DNA from: Lama glama
Lineage: Eukaryota
NCBI GenBank assembly: GCA_028534125.1
Contig: CM052817.1
Span: forward strand, 8,744,001 to 8,808,000
Length of the DNA stretch: 64,000 nt
Reading direction: 5' to 3'
Position 1 is the first letter of the stretch; the number at the start of each line of letters is the position of its first letter. The notes under the pieces were generated by a model. The model made no database searches. It was not told the DNA's origin and saw nothing but the letters and a program-made list of their open reading frames with translations. Below are positions 39,376-51,404 of this stretch, one piece after another. The position numbers and the translations under genes were made by a program.

Positions 39376-40068
39376 AGACAGAGTCTAGGTGGCTTGTTGC
39401 ATCTGGCTCAGGATCCATTACTGACAGTATTGAGACATTCATGGAGAAAATCTGCTGTCTAATCAGGGGAATGGCAAAAGTGAACTTGGTTCAAAGTGGG
39501 AGCCGCCCAGCAAGGATACTTGGATGCAAATGGAAAGCTAAAGCAGAAACCTAAAGGAGAAATAGCAGACATCCAGGTCCTGTGGGAAAATGTTTGTGGC
39601 TAATGGGCTTATATGCCCAACTAAGGTACCTCAAAGATACTATCTGGAGATGCAAGATTTGTTCCCATTTACTACATCCATTGCATGTCTCAGTCATCTC
39701 ATTTCTGCGGAAGATAAAACTTCAGGGCTAGAGAAAAAAAATCAAAATGCTTTAGTATTTGATTTTTTTCAAATGTTATATTGTTGTCCATTTAAAGGTA
39801 CCTGGAATAAAATGTGTCAAATAAATACCAGCTATTATTGGTATTGTTTTTGATCCCATCTGCTGGAGAGTCAGTCCAAGGCTCCCCAGGTTTGGTAAGG
39901 ATTGACTCAGACACTGACTGAGGCTGCATCTCTAGGTGACAAACCTCTATGAATGCTGCTGAGAGGAAAGTTAAGAATGCTCAGAGGTTTTGTGAGTCTC
40001 CAAAGGTCTCTTGCTTGCATGAGGTGCATCTGGGGCCATTTTTGTCTTCTAAATTTTCTTTCCACAAG

Positions 40069-40479
40069 CAGAGCCAGGACTAGCCTAGGATGAGGCTAAT
40101 AAGGCACTCAAGTCAGTCATGAAATTTAAAGGAACACCAATATAACTCAGTATTCAAAATAAATAATTTTATATGCAATAATTTTTAAATTAAAAGGTAA
40201 TGCAGAATGTTCCATAATGAGCAAAATATCGAAAGGTTAAGCAAGACTCGATATACTGAGCCACACTATAGCCTGAGGCAAAATCTTTAAAATCATTAAT
40301 GATAATCTTTATTTAAAATGTTGACATTTTTTCCCACCATGGATGCTTGTTTGGGCTTAATTTTGATTTTTTTTCAAATATTGCATTAAAACGTTATTTA
40401 TCATGGTTACTGGGTTTTAGCATCTCTTTACATCTTGTGTCCAAGAGGAGTGCCTTCCTTAACCCTAGTCTTGGCTCTT
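40069..40479. mobile_element. Non-autonomous hAT (Tip100-like) DNA transposon with TIRs
   Basis: Imperfect TIRs CAGAGCCAGGACTAG ... CTAGTCTTGGCTCT; internal AAATTTAAAGG...AACTCAGTATTCAAAATAAATAA. Confidence 0.7.
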
Positions 40480-41337
40480 TCACTAAATCTTCTTTCCATT
40501 ATGAATATATGGATTCTGCCTCTAAGTAATGATGCTGAGTTTAAACTGAGTCTTGTAAAAAAAACCTGTTCCAGTCTTCAAGTCATACAGTGGAGAGAAA
40601 AGTAGAAAGGAAAGAAAAGAATGAAACTTCTCTTACACTGTTTTTAGAACATTCCAAGTGAGTTTTGGGGACCATGGATTCTATCATTCTTTCAACTGTT
40701 GGATAGCTCAGATAGCAGGGTGCCCTTTCTCCATCAAATGAATAGAAAGAAAATACAGCTTTTCCTGCATTTGTAGAAATACAGTAAAAATATACTTGTT
40801 ATGATTGATCTCTCGCTGCACTCACTGTTGTGAACTGAATTATGTAGTCTCATAAGCTGTAATCGAATCATAAATTAACTCCTGGAGCCATAAGGAGATT
40901 CATTTAAGGGCTATAATCTTTGAGATCTGCTATAGGGGGAGTTCAGGGCTGGAGGACAGGGTTCTGCTTTTCTTCTCTAATTTGGGGGACTTGGGAAATG
41001 CAGAGAAAGTATAAAAATAAGAAAATAATTCCAGGTCCCCTTGGAATTGAAATTACAATGATTGCTAGCTCAGCACTTAAACACTGCGTAAGGCTGAAGT
41101 TCCCACACACTGACCATGCTAATTATCTCTGCCCATGCAGTGACTCTGAGAGCAGGCACGGCAGGCACTGCAATCCGGTTCACTTGTGAGCATGACTCAG
41201 GAGCACAGATTGGAATCAGTTACCCTCCTGGGCTCAGGCAGAACCAGAAAATGAAGGGAATTTAAAAGAGGCCACGGAAGAATGACCTCTAAGTTACTAA
41301 CTGGATCGCTTTCATATATTCTCACGTGCATATGCAT

Positions 41338-41700
41338 TTTATTTATTCAACACGCATTCACTTAGAGATCACTCTTATCCAGACACTGTGCTGAACACTG
41401 AGACTATGAAGCCCAGCAAAGACCCAGAAAGTCCTGCCATCACAAAGCCTATAGTCTATTAAGGAGGGCAGATTAATTACAGAAAATAGAAGAAAAATTA
41501 TAAGACTTAGAAGGTGCTACCAGGTGTCATGCCATGTATCTGGTGTCATGATCGTAGGTAATGCATCCCTGACCAGGCCAAGGGGCCATGAGATGTTTAC
41601 TGAAGAAGTGGAATTTGAGTGATTATAAATTATAAGTAGAAGGGAGAGAATGGGGTACCTTCTAGGCAAAAAGACTAGTGTGCACCTAGCATGGTGTTTA
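41338..41700 (-). mobile_element. L2 3' region
   Basis: TTTATTCAACACGCATTCAC...CCAGACACTGTGCTGAACACTG...GTCCTGCCATCACAAAGC. Confidence 0.75.
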
Positions 41701-42292
41701 AGATGAGGTACATTTGCGTACTATCATAACATTTTAGAAAGAAGGGAAGTAAAATCAGTGAGGTTAAGTACTTCTCCTATGTTTGGCTAGTAAGTGGTAC
41801 AGATCTGTGTCAATCCTTGGTTTGCTTCATTCAAAACCCAATTCTTTCTCCATGTTTTTCCCCTGTGAACAATGGGTCATTAGGAAAACATTCTGAATGG
41901 AGAAACTGGTATTAAGTTCAGCTATTAAGGATGAGAAAATCCATCTCAAGGCCTTATTATTTTTAACTGAACTTCTGCAAAAATCCAGAGAGAAAGTTCC
42001 ACCTTCCCAGTTGATTCTGTAAAAATTCTGATATCCGATAATTTGGCATTCTGAATCTCTGCTTCCTACTTGGTCCTGCAATGGTGAAATAAGATAATGT
42101 TCTTTCATGTTGACGATAGCAGCCCTTGGTATCAAAATTAGAAATGTGTTTTTTATTTGAGATTGTTCTTCTTTTTTGAGGAAGGCCTGTATCGCTATAA
42201 ACTTCCCTCTTAGCACTGCCTTTGCTGTGTCCCATAGGTTTTGAGTGGTTGTGCTTTCATTATCATTTGTCTCAAGGTATTTTTTAATTTCA

Positions 42293-42392
42293 NNNNNNNN
42301 NNNNNNNNNNNNNNNNNNNNNNNNNNNNNNNNNNNNNNNNNNNNNNNNNNNNNNNNNNNNNNNNNNNNNNNNNNNNNNNNNNNNNNNNNNNN
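42293..42392. other. Assembly gap (100 N)
   Basis: N run. Confidence 1.
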
Positions 42393-42696
42393 TTTGGGCG
42401 TCTTTATCTTTTGAAGAGGGCGATGATCTGTTGGAGTTCCGCAGGTGCTCTGGTTGGCTGAGTGGGTCTGTAGATGTGGGTCTTGGTGTATTTGTGGGAG
42501 AGGGTGACTTACGAGCGTCCTTCTACTCCGCCATCTTCTCTGTCCGGCTCCATTTTCCTTTTTTATTTTGCTAATTTGTGCTCTCTCTTTTTTCTTCTTT
42601 GTGAGTTTTGCCAGAGATTTGTTGATTTTATTTACTTTTTCAAAAAACCAGCTTTTGTTTTGGTTAATTTTTTTCTATGATCTTGTTAATTTCTAC

Positions 42697-43196
42697 NNNN
42701 NNNNNNNNNNNNNNNNNNNNNNNNNNNNNNNNNNNNNNNNNNNNNNNNNNNNNNNNNNNNNNNNNNNNNNNNNNNNNNNNNNNNNNNNNNNNNNNNNNNN
42801 NNNNNNNNNNNNNNNNNNNNNNNNNNNNNNNNNNNNNNNNNNNNNNNNNNNNNNNNNNNNNNNNNNNNNNNNNNNNNNNNNNNNNNNNNNNNNNNNNNNN
42901 NNNNNNNNNNNNNNNNNNNNNNNNNNNNNNNNNNNNNNNNNNNNNNNNNNNNNNNNNNNNNNNNNNNNNNNNNNNNNNNNNNNNNNNNNNNNNNNNNNNN
43001 NNNNNNNNNNNNNNNNNNNNNNNNNNNNNNNNNNNNNNNNNNNNNNNNNNNNNNNNNNNNNNNNNNNNNNNNNNNNNNNNNNNNNNNNNNNNNNNNNNNN
43101 NNNNNNNNNNNNNNNNNNNNNNNNNNNNNNNNNNNNNNNNNNNNNNNNNNNNNNNNNNNNNNNNNNNNNNNNNNNNNNNNNNNNNNNNNNNNNNNN
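42697..43196. other. Assembly gap (500 N)
   Basis: N run. Confidence 1.
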
Positions 43197-43714
43197 TTTT
43201 TTTATTCAGGGCTTTGAATATATCTTGCCACTCCCTTCTGGCCTGTAGTGTTTGTGTAGAGAAATCAGCTGAGAGCCTTATGGGGGTTCCCTTGTAGTTC
43301 ACTCTTTGCTTTTCTCAAAATGATCTCCACCTTCATTACCCTCTTGCAGCTAAAGAGTGGCTGGATCTATGTTTCTGTTTTGTGTACAGCTCTGGGTTTT
43401 GTCTGGGCTCATTTGCTGGGATTCATTTTTGAATAGAAAGTACATTTCTGTGTCCAGATCACAAGTATGACCTTGACTGTATTTTTTTTAATCCTTTGAG
43501 GGGAACTTCTGAGTTCCCCACATATAAATAGTGAGCACTTTCACACTAAGACATTTTGTTGATGGGGCTCATATCAGATATTTAAAGCAAGTGGTGAGAA
43601 AAGGGCTTTTATTTAACTAAAAAAGAATCAGGTTAGTATAGTATAGTGGACTAGAAATTTGTTAACTTTGGAGCTAGGCATAGTGTAAAATTCTAGATTT
43701 GTCCTTTCTTCCTT

Positions 43715-44270
43715 TTTTCATTTATTCATTCATTCAATAAAGATTTATGAGAATTCTATTACATGCCAGGTGCTGTCATAGGTATAGGACATACAGGAGG
43801 AAGCTTCTATTCTGAAACTTCCGTTCTAATGCAGACATAGAAAACAAATGAATAAGTAAGTGTGTTCTGTACATACAGCATGTGCCAGTTAGATGATCAT
43901 ACTGAAATATATCACCATCATGACACAGTCTGCTATCTCCGTAACACTGGCACTGTTATTTTCCCTATATGCAGATGAGAGGGAAATAAAGTCCCCAGAC
44001 TGTAACATGGATGAAGCAATTATGTCCCTTAGAGTGCCATGGTGGTCAGCACTTCACTGAGAAGGTGATATTTCAGCAAGTTTGTGAGGGGTTGCAGGGA
44101 GACATCCACACAGCTCTTGGGGGAAGTGAAAGGGCATTTTTTAGGAAGAGAGAATTTTTTTTTTTAGAGCAGAGGAAAATTAGCTGATAGGATTCCAGAA
44201 AGAACAAAAAGGTCACTGCAGTTAATGAGGGAAAGAATTGTAGGACAAGGGTTAAAACTTTAATGGGGTG
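43715..44270 (-). mobile_element. L2 3' region (fragmented)
   Basis: CATTTATTCATTCATTCAATAAAGATTTATGAG...ATGCCAGGTGCTGT; TTCACTGAGAAGGTGATATTT. Confidence 0.8.
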
Positions 44271-44754
44271 CTCAATCCAATAGAAAGGGGCTCAGTCAGT
44301 ATAAGTTCTCCATAAATTTTTTTTGGAAAAAAAGAGAAAAACAAACAAAACTAACCAAATAAACAACAACTACAACAACTTTAGAGTACTCGTCTTCTGG
44401 TCCTAAGTTGAATGTTCTTCCCTTTACACAATATTGTCCCTCCACCCCCATCCAGATGATGCCAACCTATGGAAGAAGTTGAGGCACTGAGATGCGAGAA
44501 TGGTCTAAGGCAGTTCACATTTCTGTGGGAGGCGGTATCCTCCACCTACATTACTCTGCCCTGCATTTCTGTGCCCTGCATTCTTAGCCATGGTCAGCCC
44601 AATGCATGGTGTGACCAGTATTAAAAGATAAATAAATGGCCAAACCATTGACAATAGTGCAGGAGTGGGGAGGCCTCTTTTAGCCACCCCTAACACCTGC
44701 TTCTCCATACTAATCACCATAGAAAATGTTATAGACATAAGAATTATAGAAACA

Positions 44755-45198
44755 GAATTTTCATTCAAAGTGAAGTAAGCCAGAAAGAGAAAGAAAATAC
44801 CATATGATATCACTCATATGTGGAATCTAAAAAGAAAAAAAAAGGAAAAAAGAAAAAAGAAGACACTAATGAACTCATCTATAAAACAGAAGCAGACTCA
44901 CAAACATGGTAAAAATTTTTATGGTTACAGGGGGAAAGGGGGTGGGGAAGGGATAAATTTGGGAGTTTGAGATTTGCAAAGGTTGACTGACCACTATATA
45001 TAAAAATAGACAAAAACAAATTCCTTCTGTATAGCACAGGGAACTATATTCAATATCTTGTAATAACCTTTAATGAAAAAGAATATGAAAATTAAAATAT
45101 GTGTGTATGTATGTGTGTGTGTGTGCATATATATATATATGATTCTGTATTCCAGAAATTGACACATTGTAACTGACTATACTTCAATTAAAAAAAAT
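44755..45198 (+). mobile_element. 5'-truncated young L1 3' end with poly(A)
   Basis: AAGTGAAGTAAGCCAGAAAGAGAAAGAAAATACCATATGATATCACTCATATGTGGAATCTAA...CTGTATAGCACAGGGAACTATATTCAATATC...CTTCAATTAAAAAAAA. Confidence 0.95.
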
Positions 45199-45294
45199 CT
45201 CCATTCAACAATTTAGGTAACTTTAATAAAATATCAATTTGAAGACAAAAAATGAAACATAGAATCATTTAAAATATATATTTTATACGTATTT

Positions 45295-45705
45295 CTTTTT
45301 TAATTTCAGATTTATTGAGGACAATTGACATGCCAAATTATAAGATATTTAAAGTGTAGATGATGATGATTTGATATGCATATACATTGTAAAAGGATCC
45401 CCTAATCTAGTTAATTAGCACATCCATCACGTCACATTTTTATTTTATTTTCTGGGGAGGTGAGAACATTTAAGTTTTACTCTCTTGGTAAATTTGAAAT
45501 ATGCAATACAGTGTTATCACCCTGTTTTACATTGGAGCCTCAGATTTTATTCATTTTATAGATGAAAGTTTGTGCACTTTTACCAGCCTCTCACTGTGTC
45601 CCCAATCCTGGGCCCTGGCAGTAACTTTTCTACTCTGTTTCTACGAGGTGGATTTTTTTTTTTAGGTGTCACACATAAGAGATACCACGCAGTATGTGAA
45701 TTTCT
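45295..45705 (-). mobile_element. L1MA-type 3' end
   Basis: TTTATTGAGGACAATTGACA...TATACATTGTAAAAGGAT...GTGAGAACATTTAAG..TACTCTCTT. Confidence 0.85.
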
Positions 45706-46409
45706 TATCTTTATGGTTTGTGTTCATTTAGGGAAATCTGAAAATCAGCAAACACTTTTTAAAATTCCCTCACATCGTGATGGCCCCCATTCTAGGGTCA
45801 CTATTGTTTATCAATGAGATTGAAATTACAAATCCATTGGGAAATAACCACAGAAAAATTATAATCATAATATTATCATCATTTCTAATATACTTGTGTT
45901 TGATCATGTACCTTGGTCCCTGGACAGAATCACATTTTCTAATTCTTTACTCCAAATTGATTTGGGGTGTCCTGCTTAAGTGTGTACTCTGCCAACTGTA
46001 AGAACTGCAGCCTCACACCGCTGATCTCTCACAGCAGAGTAGGAAAGGAGGTCCTGGTTCTCATCCTGGTGCAGAACCAGAGGTCAATTCATCAAATTTA
46101 CTCCATTTCCCAATTTCACCAACCAGATAACTCATCTGGGAGTGGAAAGAAGAATAGTTACTCTTTTACCAATACTTCCAAAAGAGTAGGTACTCCTGTT
46201 TTATGACCAAATAAGAGTAAAAGGAAAGGTGAAAAATAATTTCTTATAAAGTGATATTTTAGGATCTAAATTTTCATAATTGTGTGTATGTGTTCATTTG
46301 TTAGTTCTTCATACATTTCTTCCAATTTTGGTAAATATGTCTTTATATAATATATGATTTTATATGCATATGTAAACATACATAGATATCCAATGAGTAT
46401 GAGCTTAGA

Positions 46410-46800
46410 CTATGAAGATATAAAAGGACTTAAAAGTTATCTAGTTCAATATTATTTAAGCAATACTTGAATTCACTTGGAAACATCTGTACCCTGGGAT
46501 CATAAGACTATCTCAGTAAAACTTTGTGTAACTCTGACCTCTCTTTCCTTTTCTTTCTTTCTTTTATTTTTGCTCTGACCTTTCATTTCTCCTTAAAACT
46601 TGTTGAAACATTTTGTCTTCTAATTTAAGTGTATGGGTCCCAATTTTTTTCTTTGGCCCTAATAAGACAGTTGCCTTTCCAAATGTCTATCCATCAGATC
46701 TTAAAAGCAAAACAACAACCAAAAGAAATCTATTAGGTCTTCTATCATCTTGTCTTATCTAGGCTAAATAGTCCTAATTTCTTCAATATATTTCTTGCCA
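46410..46800. mobile_element. Possible L3/CR1 or MIR3 remnants
   Basis: GACTTAAAAGTTATCTAGTTCAA; AGGCTAAATAGTCCTAATTTCTTCAA. Confidence 0.35.
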
Positions 46801-47879
46801 AGAACAAGCAATTAATACTCACTCTTTTGATGTCCATAAGGTGAAAGGGAGAATATGACAGAGGACTCTTCAGTTAATAACCATATCCCCTCTCTTCCAG
46901 AGAAAAGAGTTTAAGTTGTCACAGAAAGCAACTTCTTACTGTCCCTTCACAATCCAGCCTCCTTGCTAGTGAGGTCTTATTAATGGTATAAAAATATCTC
47001 TTTCAGACAATTTCTTTTATTAAGTATAGAAATTAAATTAAATGTGCTCATTAATGTCATTAGAAATATGAGGATATTTCTCCTATTCAGTTTGTATGGA
47101 CCTGGGACAGAACGCTCATGAGTTTAGGATAAACGGAGGTAAGAGGCAACATCAGTGCCAAAACCCCCAAACTGAATGATTAATTTATCTTGTGAATGAT
47201 ATGATATCCAATTAATCAGTCAAATTAATTTAGACCAGGCATGAGATCCTACCTTCAGTTGTACAACCTTACTTCACGTGGGACTCAGGCAAACTAGAGC
47301 CCATTCTGAGAAAACCAGGTGGGATTTCAAAGAGACTTGAATTCAGGGGTTGTGTCTGTCTGGTCAGTGTTGCTTCCCTGGTGTCTAGTGCATTGTCCAA
47401 CACATAGCAGGCACTCAATAGATAAAAGCCATCAAATGAAAGGCACTTGAAGTCTTTTTATGTGGAAAGAATCAAATTGTCTTTGGTAAGAGAAGATTCA
47501 GAGAGAACATGGAAATGTCCTTCAAATGTGCTGTCCTTTGGGAAAGGGGTCATTTATGTTAGTCGGAACTCAGGACATGTTTTAAAACAAAGTTTTTCAT
47601 ATGATAAACAGTGTGGTTGGTGAAATATATATATTTATATTTTATTCAAATATATAAATGTACATATATACATTTATATGTCATATATGTTTATAATGTC
47701 ATGTATTTCACCAACCACAGTGTTTGTGATTTGAAATTCAACACACACAATTATATATGTTTGAATAAAAGTGTTCTCTGCCCTCTAAAAATAGTGAAGA
47801 GAGCAGTAGGCTTTGGTTGATTTTTGCTAGTGTGACCAAGACTAATGAGTAGAAGCTACAGAAAATGAAGTGTTGATTT

Positions 47880-48255
47880 CATGAAAAGAAAACTTTGCCA
47901 CTTCTCCATAACTTTCTTCTGTTTGTCTAGAAGGCTTGTGGCCATTCTCTTTTCTCAAACTAACCATCTCTCATCAGTCTGTCTGGCAAACTGCTACTTC
48001 TCCTTTAAGACTTAATTTAACAGTCATCTCTTCTGCAAAGCTTTCCATGACTTTTGGGAAGACGGCCAAGATCCTGCTGGACTTTACATGCTTCCTTTAA
48101 AATACACCATCTTGTGTCATAGTTGTTGCTTGTCTGTTTGCCCTACCAAACATTGCTGCTGGAATCTGGCCATACCTCCTGAGTCTCACAAGGCGTTGGT
48201 TAAAAGTCGTGCTCAATAATACATTTATTGACTAAATGAATAACTGAATGAATGT
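47880..48255 (+). mobile_element. L2 3' end
   Basis: TCCTTTAAGACTTAATTTAA..GTCATCTCTTCTG...GTGCTCAATAATACATTTATTGACTAAATGAATAACTGAATGAATG. Confidence 0.75.
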
Positions 48256-48681
48256 CTACTTGAAAGAGATAGTGGTAGAAAGTTGAGAGGAGGGTGTGGG
48301 GAGCGGGGTGGGGGAGTTACTGTCTGCAAGGCTCCCTCAGCCTCAGCCTTGGCAGTCACACATAACCACATTGACCCATGACCTGCATTCTACTGCTCAA
48401 AAACCAGCCACAGGACTAGCTGGATTCTAGGGGAGAGAACTAGGTAAGGATGTGACTACTGGGAGGCATAAGTCACTGGATGGCCCTCTTTAGAGAGAAG
48501 TTACCGTAGGTTCGTCACCTGTGACTGAGAGAATTGTATCAGATGGTCTGAGAGTATTTCTTCTTGCTCTAATAACTGTATTGTTTGAATCGTTTAGAGG
48601 ATTATGAGACGTTTTACTTTCGTCTTTGGTCTTATAAGGATGATCTACCCTTCTCCATCTCAGTCAAAGAAAACATCTAGA

Positions 48682-48914
48682 CCAGGGGTCAGCAAACTTA
48701 CTTTGTAAAGGCCAGATAGACAGTGAATATATTAGATTTTGCGGGCAACAGAAAGTCTCTGTTGCAACTTCTCAGCTCAGCACCAATAGCACAAAAGTGG
48801 CTACAAACTGTATACAAATGAATGGACATGGCTGCATTCATTCCAATCCTGCTTTACATACAAAACATGTAGAGGGCTGGGTTTGGCCCTCAGACTGTAG
48901 TTTTACAATTCCTG
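48682..48914. mobile_element. MER58A-like MITE, near full length
   Basis: CAGGGGTCAGCAAACT...GTAAAGGCCAGATAG...CTGTTGCAACTTCTCAGCTC...AAATGAATGGACATGGCTG...GTAGTTTTACAATTCCTG. Confidence 0.85.
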
Positions 48915-48996
48915 AAATAGTCTAGCATGTAGCAGCTTCCACTCAAATGCCAAGAGACTTATTCTTCTACTTGTCACAACAACAATGACAAAATCC

Positions 48997-49144
48997 TAAC
49001 GGGAGAAAATAAAAACAACAAACTTTTCCCGATGCCAACTGATGACAATTCATTCCTTGTTGTTTTTATTTTCTATATTTTAAAGGAATGTATTGTCATC
49101 AGTTGGCATCGGGAAAAGTTTGTTGTTTTTATTTTCTCCTGTTA
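48997..49144. repeat. 62-bp inverted repeat (60/62 matching) with 24-nt spacer
   Basis: Arms 48997-49058 and 49083-49144 aligned by hand. Confidence 0.97.
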
Positions 49145-50639
49145 AAATGTGGATAAAATATGACTTACATATATAAATCTAAACAGTTATAAACGGAGAC
49201 AAAGGCATTGCTGATAATGGATAATTTTTATGGAGCAGTACTATAAATAATAGGATAATGATGACATTATTTCATATTCACAATTTCTCCAGTGTTTCTG
49301 TTTCTAATTTATTTCCCATAAGATTTGAAGATAGAGCCAAAGTATTATCTGGAAGTGACATGATTGCAGGAGGGTTGCCAGCTACCACGGAAAGCTGACA
49401 ATGCCTTCTGAGCAACTTGGAGCCATGGGTTTTGAGGGGCTAAACAGTTATTTTTTTATAGAATACGAGTTCCAGACTCTATAAATCAATTTTAATGAAA
49501 TACACATTTGTTTTCTTCAGTTTCTAATCTTGAAATAGGTTCATGTTATGGGCCAGGAGGAAAATAGATTGAATACGCCAACAACACAAGGTCAGCGTGA
49601 AATTTTTTCCAGTTGAGTTCCTCCTGGAGTGTGGTGAGCTGAAGGATTTTGATATTTCTTCTCCTTTTCTTGTTACCTGACTAAACCTGCAGGCTTGTGA
49701 TTTTGAACAATCTGAGCAGTGCAGGCTCGTGATTTTTCTGAAGATGTTTCCTAGATCATAAGTATTTTGACATAAAGTATCTATGGGTACATAAAGAAAT
49801 TAATATCATTTCTAAAGAACTGATCCTGTAACCTGATACACCTAATTCTCAGGAAGCTATGTTGAGTGTCCTAAATCTCTTCAATGCCAAGTTAAAGGAA
49901 TAGATTATTGGAGTTTGGAAGGGCTGAATTAGCTATCTTGATTTATTGGTTGTTAAACTCTGTGTCTATTGCTATCTCTATATTTACATTTTCCATCTTT
50001 CCAGATGACCGTATCTTTCTACTCTACTATATGCTGTATGCAGGAAGCCTTAGACTGAGATGCCTACAGACACCACACTGGCAAAAGACAAAACAAAGTG
50101 AAATGATTGTACATAAATAAAAAATAATAAAGAAAAATAACACCGGTCCTCACATTCATGGGGAACAGAGAAAATGACAGAAAAATTGTGAATCTGGAGA
50201 GTGCATGCCTCATCCTGGGATGGAAGGGACAGCCATTACTTATTTCAGTTAATTGTGCTATGTGGAAGTGCAGACGCAGTGATTCCATTTCTTCTGAGTG
50301 TAAAAAAGAAGCTTTATCTTCCAATTATAATGTGAAAGCTTCTAGTTTTTAAATAAATATTTTAAGAAAGCATATTGTGGGCCAAAAATTATACTTTTGT
50401 AAGCCAGACTTGCACTGTGGGTCATCAATTTGGGACCTCTGCTGAAGCTCCATGAAGAAGTGTCTCATCTGATGTTTGTTTAATTTTTACTGCTGCACTA
50501 CTTCAATTATCATAGTGAGTAGAACATACAAGATGCTTAATAAATATTTGTTGAGTGAATAAACAAGCAAGTGAATTGTGATTGTGACAGGGTACCTGTA
50601 TAAAGCTTCATCTTAAGTGGAGTCAGAATACTAATTTCT

Positions 50640-51120
50640 ATATCAGTTAGTATTTGCTGCATAACAAAAACCTCCAAAACTTGGTGGTTTAAAGCAGCAG
50701 CTAATTATTTGTTCATAATTCTACATAATTCTACTTAATTTGAGATGGCAAATTAAGTAGGCTTAACTGGGACAGTTTATTTCAACTCAATGTGGTATTT
50801 GATGGGATCATTCATGAATTTGTCATCAGATGTCAGGTTGCCTGAGAGCTGGCTGCTCCTGGGTGAACTTACATGGCTGGGGCTATCCACTGGAGGACAT
50901 CCACATGGCCTCCACAACAAAATAGAACTCCTTTACATAGCGACTGCATTCCAGAAAGGTCAGGCTCAATGTGCATGCATTAATCAAGCCCCTATTTTTG
51001 TCACATCTGTTGCTTTCCCCATAGGCCAAAGCAAATCATGTGACTAAATGCTGGGTCAGTGTGGGAGAGAATTGCACAAAGTAATGTGATTAGTTAGGGA
51101 TAATTAATATATGAATCCAC
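50640..51120 (-). mobile_element. MLT1 (J/K-like) MaLR LTR
   Basis: TATCAGTTAG..TTTGCTGCATAACAAA..CTCCAAAACTTGGTGGTTTAAAGCA...CCATAGGCCAAAGCAAATCATGTGACTAA. Confidence 0.8.
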
Positions 51121-51404
51121 TTTAGCATGGAACATTATGTTTTTAATATTATTACCATGTGTACAATAAACATATACTTTAGGGAATTAGGAAGACAATT
51201 TCCCCCTAGGCTACAAAGAAACACAACTTCAATGTCAGCTTCCTCTCTCCCTGAGATGACCCAACTCTGATAGCCAGAAAATAATATTGGTCTACTTTGT
51301 TCTCTCATCCAAACACAGCATTAACACTTATCTTTCCATTCAGGTTGTCCTATGACACCAAGCTTTGTTGTGATGCTGGTCAATGTTGTTTTTCATTTAA
51401 TCAA

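Larger units (their letters stand above)
42150..43316 (-). mobile_element. Young L1 fragments (ORF2, 5' UTR start, ORF2, ORF1) separated by gaps
   Basis: [16 protein letters not shown] (ORF2); AAGATGGCGGAGTAG 5' end at about 42540; VEINKIIEK / WFFEKVNKI (ORF2); YKGTPIRLSADFSTQTLQARREWQDIFK (ORF1). Confidence 0.93.

Noticed and set aside
41827..42216. 129-aa minus-strand ORF as a chimeric gene
   Set aside because: About 24 L1 ORF2 residues read through into unique DNA; no promoter or homology evidence.
42245..43302. Long ORFs around gaps 2 and 3
   Set aside because: N-run artefacts plus L1 ORF1/ORF2 fragments.
44929..44953. G-rich quadruplex-like motif
   Set aside because: Standard G-rich tract of the L1 3' UTR.
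49688..49736. Direct repeat TGCAGGCTYGTGATTTT twice, 32-bp period
   Set aside because: Only two copies; ordinary local duplication, like those at about 44555, 51560 and 59680.
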